From contig CAVQUB010000008.1 of NCBI GenBank assembly GCA_963716725.1, forward strand, positions 359,889 through 423,888: DNA of 64,000 nucleotides, in the 5' to 3' direction. This document shows, piece after piece, positions 60,601-64,000 of the stretch. Numbering within the stretch: position 1 is the stretch's first letter; the number at the start of each line of letters is the position of its first letter. The position numbers and the translations under genes were made by a program. Origin of the DNA: an uncultured delta proteobacterium (GTDB lineage Bacteria; Myxococcota_A; Polyangia; Polyangiales; Polyangiaceae). The notes below the pieces were generated by a model, which saw nothing but the letters and a program-made list of their open reading frames with translations, made no database searches and was not told the origin of the DNA.

Positions 60601-61128
60601 TTCGAATGTGCAGCGTAGCGGCGCGCTGCTCTATCGACCTACCTCCCCGATCTGTACGCCGATCGCGGCGATGGTCCCAGGCGGGAGTTCGCCATCGCCA
60701 TGCAGCAAGTCGCCGCGTGTCGGTTCTTTGCCACCACGTACGCCGGACCGTTCGCGATGATCGGCGCCCACCTGGAAGCTGGCGCATTGCGTCGCGGTTC
60801 GCTCGGCGCCCAACCGCGGCGTGCCGAGTGGTTTGCGCGACGCATCGACAACTGCCCGCCGTTGGTCGCAGGCTCATCCGATCGTGCGCGAGCCTATGTC
60901 GCCGACGCTGCATCACGGCCGGAGCTCGCCCTCCGCCTGCTCGAGCGGGCCGAGTCGGTGGCGCAGCGATTCGGTCGGCAGGTCGATGCCGCGATAGCTT
61001 CCTATCCAGCTCGGATTGCGGCTCGGCGGAGACCACGGCCGGTCGCTCTGCGAGGGCGCGCGTGACTTGGTTTGCTCGATGGGTGCCGGCCAGCAGCTAC
61101 TGGAAGAGGATCCGGGCTTGCGCTGACT
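57700..61128 (+). pseudogene. Ser/Thr kinase-AAA ATPase-TPR gene, 5'-truncated, multiple frameshifts
   Basis: HPNLV, HRDLKPHN, DFG, GTPGY; Walker A GPNGVGKS; IDDFQWAD; pieces lie in different frames. Confidence 0.85.
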
Positions 61129-61161
61129 GCGCACGTCCGCGGGTTGCCGGATGCGCCAGTG

Positions 61162-61834
61162 TCAGTAGCTCGCCGGATGGTCGACGTCGGCGCCGTTTGC
61201 ATTGCGAGCTGACCCGCTCAGTCTGCGGGCTGCTCGAGGAGGGCCGCGACCGATGGCGCGCGCCCAGCCGTCCAAGCTAGCCAGCGTGGAGCCCAAGCGT
61301 TCCGGGCCATGCTCCAGATGATCGAGCCGCTGACGAAGCAGTTCGAGTCCCCGCCGCAAGCGGCTGCGCGCGGTTCCTTCGGGGACGGATAGCACGACGG
61401 CCAACTCCGGGCCCGTGAGTCCCTCCGAGTAGAAAAGCTCGAGCGCGACCTGCAGCTCGATCGGGATGGAGCGTAGCGCTTCGAGGAGGTGGCGCTCCTC
61501 CGCGACCCGCGTGATCAACGCGCTTGGAGAGGGGTCCAGATCGAGGACGCTGGAGAGCGACGACTTCAGCTCGACGCGCGAGCGACTGCGCCAGTGCGCC
61601 ATCAGCTCGTGGTGTGCGATGGCAAACAAGAAGGTCCGGAACGAGGATTCCTGTCGAAAGCGTTCGAGTGCCTCGAGCAGCGCCAGGAACGTGCGCTGCA
61701 CCGAGATCAGCGGCGTCCGACGGGGCCTTGTTCGCGAAGAAACGATGGACCGCGTCGAAATGGCGCTCGAACAGCTCGTTCCCGGCATCCAAATCCCCGC
61801 CCTCCCAACGACGCAGCAGCTCGAAGTCAGTCAA
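61162..61834 (-). CDS. ECF sigma-70 factor (frameshifted)
   Basis: DFELLRRW...LFERHF..V.RFF, then QRTFL...SFRTFLFAIA, L..IP...Q..LEL.Y.EG, VPEGT.RSRLRR. Confidence 0.85.
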
Positions 61835-62218
61835 CCGGACCCGAGCATAGCATCCAGGGCACGCGCACAGGAAACCGACCTGCCCATAGCAATCGTCGTT
61901 CGCGCAGCTCCAAGCTGGCAGGACAGTCGTGTCGTGTCACGACTCGAAGCGCAGCGACACCACGAAAGCGGGGCCGACGAGTTTCCGCGACTCGGGCACC
62001 TGCCTCGAGTGATCGCGGCCAGCTGGGACCGAAACCAACCCCCAGCGCCTCCGCGCGCGCGGGCCGCCCCGCGGCCCGGACGCGGGTGTCCCCCAAGACA
62101 GCCCCGTCCGCTTTCGTCTACGTCCAGGTTCTCACGCCTTCCCCGGGACGCCGCACAGGCACGACGTCTTCTGCGTCGGCTTCCGCTGCTCGACGTGCCG
62201 TCTCGTCAGCAGCGCGGG

Positions 62219-62615
62219 TCAGCTTGGCGCGCCTCTACCGATCCGGGCAACGCTGAATCCCGCGGGCCGCGCCAGGCCGTCCGCCGTGGGACGGCCGCAG
62301 CCCGAGCAGCCTTGGCAGTGCGCCGGCAGCTCGGAGGTCGAGGGCGGACCACCGTAGCGCGCGAGCCCCATCGCGCGGAGCCGCGTCGCCTCGTCGGCCG
62401 GGAGTTCGCGCACCTGCCCGAGCTGCCGCGCGCTCAAGAGGACCTTTGCGGTGTGCTCCATGGTCTCGAGCTTGCAGAAAGCGTCCAGTAAATCTCGGCC
62501 GACGCAGACGGCGCCGTGGCGATCGATCATTACCGCGTCGTGGGTCTTCATCGCATCACCGACCAAGTCGGCCAGCGCGTTCGTGCCCGTCCGCTCGTAA
62601 GCCAGCGTGGGGATG
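62219..62615 (-). pseudogene. Class II aldolase/adducin family, C-terminal fragment
   Basis: IPT..Y.RTGT..LAD.V, DAV....HGAV..G.DL..AF..LETMEH.AK; 5' part replaced by IS91 copy 3. Confidence 0.75.
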
Positions 62616-62619
62616 CTGC

Positions 62620-64000
62620 CTGCCGTGGGGCCTGCGCGCCTTGCTCGGCTACGACCGCAAGCTCTGCGCCGAGGTCGTGAGCGCGTTCATGGCTGAGGTG
62701 GACCGCTCGCTGCGCTGGCGAGCGAAGCGTGAGCTCGGCCTCGGCAGCATGGCGGTCGCCCACACGGGCGCGGTGGTGGCCGTACAGCGCGCGGACAGCG
62801 CCCTCCGGCTCAACGTCCACTTCCACGCGCTCGTGCTCGACGGCGTGTACGTGCATCAGGACGACGACCCGAGCGCTCCGCTCGAGTTCCGCGAGCTCGA
62901 CACGCCATCGCACGCCGACATCGCGGAGGTCGCGTCACGCACGGCGACACGCATCGAGAAGATCCTGCGCGCGCACGGACGGAGCCTCGACCCCGAGCTC
63001 GACGACGGCTCACCACCCGACCTCGCCCTCGACGAGCCCGGCCTCGCTGCCTGCTACGCCGCTGCGGCCCGGGGCATCTCGGTCAGCGGAGACCGCGCCG
63101 GCCAGCCGCCGCTCCGACTCATCGCGTCGCCGGAGCCACCCGCGCGCCCTCGCGCCGTCGACGCGACCGACCAGCCCATCGTCGACGCGACCGACCAGCC
63201 CATCGCCGAGGTCCGCGGCATCAACATCCACGCCGTGCAGGTCGTGGACGGCCGGGATCGCCGGAGAGTGGAGCGGCTCTGCAAGTACATTACACGCCCT
63301 CCCGTCGCGCAGGACCGCCTCGAGCGCCGCGCGGACGGCAAGCTCGAGCTCGGCTTCAAGCGGGCGTGGCGGGACGGCACGCGCGCGCTCGTGTTCGAGC
63401 CCGCGGACATCATCCCGCGTCTGGTCGCCGCGGTGCCGCCGCCACGATTCCATTTGCTCCGCTACTTCGGCGTCTTGTCGAGCCACTCTTCGCGGCGCCG
63501 GCGCGTCGTCCCGACGCCCACGCGCGACGCGACCGCGAACAAGCCCCCTCCCGCGCGCGGCGATCAGCTCGAGCTGCTCGGCGAGCGGGACGACGCGCCG
63601 GCGCCGCGCAACCGCTGGGCGTGGCTGCTCGCGCATGTCTTCGCCGCCGACGTCGAGACCTGCCCGCGCTGCTCGGGTCCGATGCGCTGGGCCGAGCTCG
63701 CCAAGACGCGCGCGGAGAGCACCCGCTTGCTCGCGGAGCATGGCCTCGGGCCGCGAGCGCCACCGGTCGAGCACGCGAAGGTGCGCGTGCCCGAGCAGTT
63801 GATGTTGGGGTTCGGGGAGGGGTGAGGCGTCGGTGAGCGCCTCGCCGAGGGCGGAGCTGTGTCCTGCGCCGGGCGCGACGCGGAGAAGCTCTGCCGAACG
63901 GCGCCTTTCGGCCGCCCCGCAGGGGTTCGTGGGCAGCACTCGACCCGACCATCGACGCCGCGTACCCTTCGACTCGGTGGAATTTGGCAGTTCGATTGCC
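62620..64000 (+). mobile_element. IS91-family element, copy 3 (5'-truncated)
   Basis: Near-identical to 54802-56178; transposase stop at 63825. Confidence 0.92.

Overview
High-GC window, probably from a myxobacterium (Myxococcota/Polyangia), inferred from a MYXO-CTERM protein, Ser/Thr kinases and Cys/Gly-rich lipoproteins. The centre is an integron with unusual architecture. intI (34132-35289, minus) points the same way as its cassette array, which starts ~10 bp past the intI stop and runs leftward to ~24.8 kb. The array holds ~13 cassettes and 12 related attC sites; the intact sites are ~165 bp long. Nine of the ten full-length attC sites carry an extended -10 promoter motif (TGnTAnnnT) at a fixed position, facing the next cassette, followed by a conserved hairpin. 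This suggests recombination sites that double as promoters, which is inference and untested. Cassettes include five toxin-antitoxin pairs plus a TA remnant, lipoproteins, a WD40 protein, and three members of an unrecognised small-protein family encoded antisense to the array. Elsewhere: a Cys-less AsnB-like gene, a kinase/PEGA pair, transporters, a TetR-led VOC/SRPBCC operon with a perfect operator palindrome, a DUF5131-TcmP pair divergent from HExxH/HEPN-like genes, three IS91-like copies, and many IS remnants. Frequent frameshifts and abrupt chimeric junctions mean part of the mosaicism may be assembly or consensus error.
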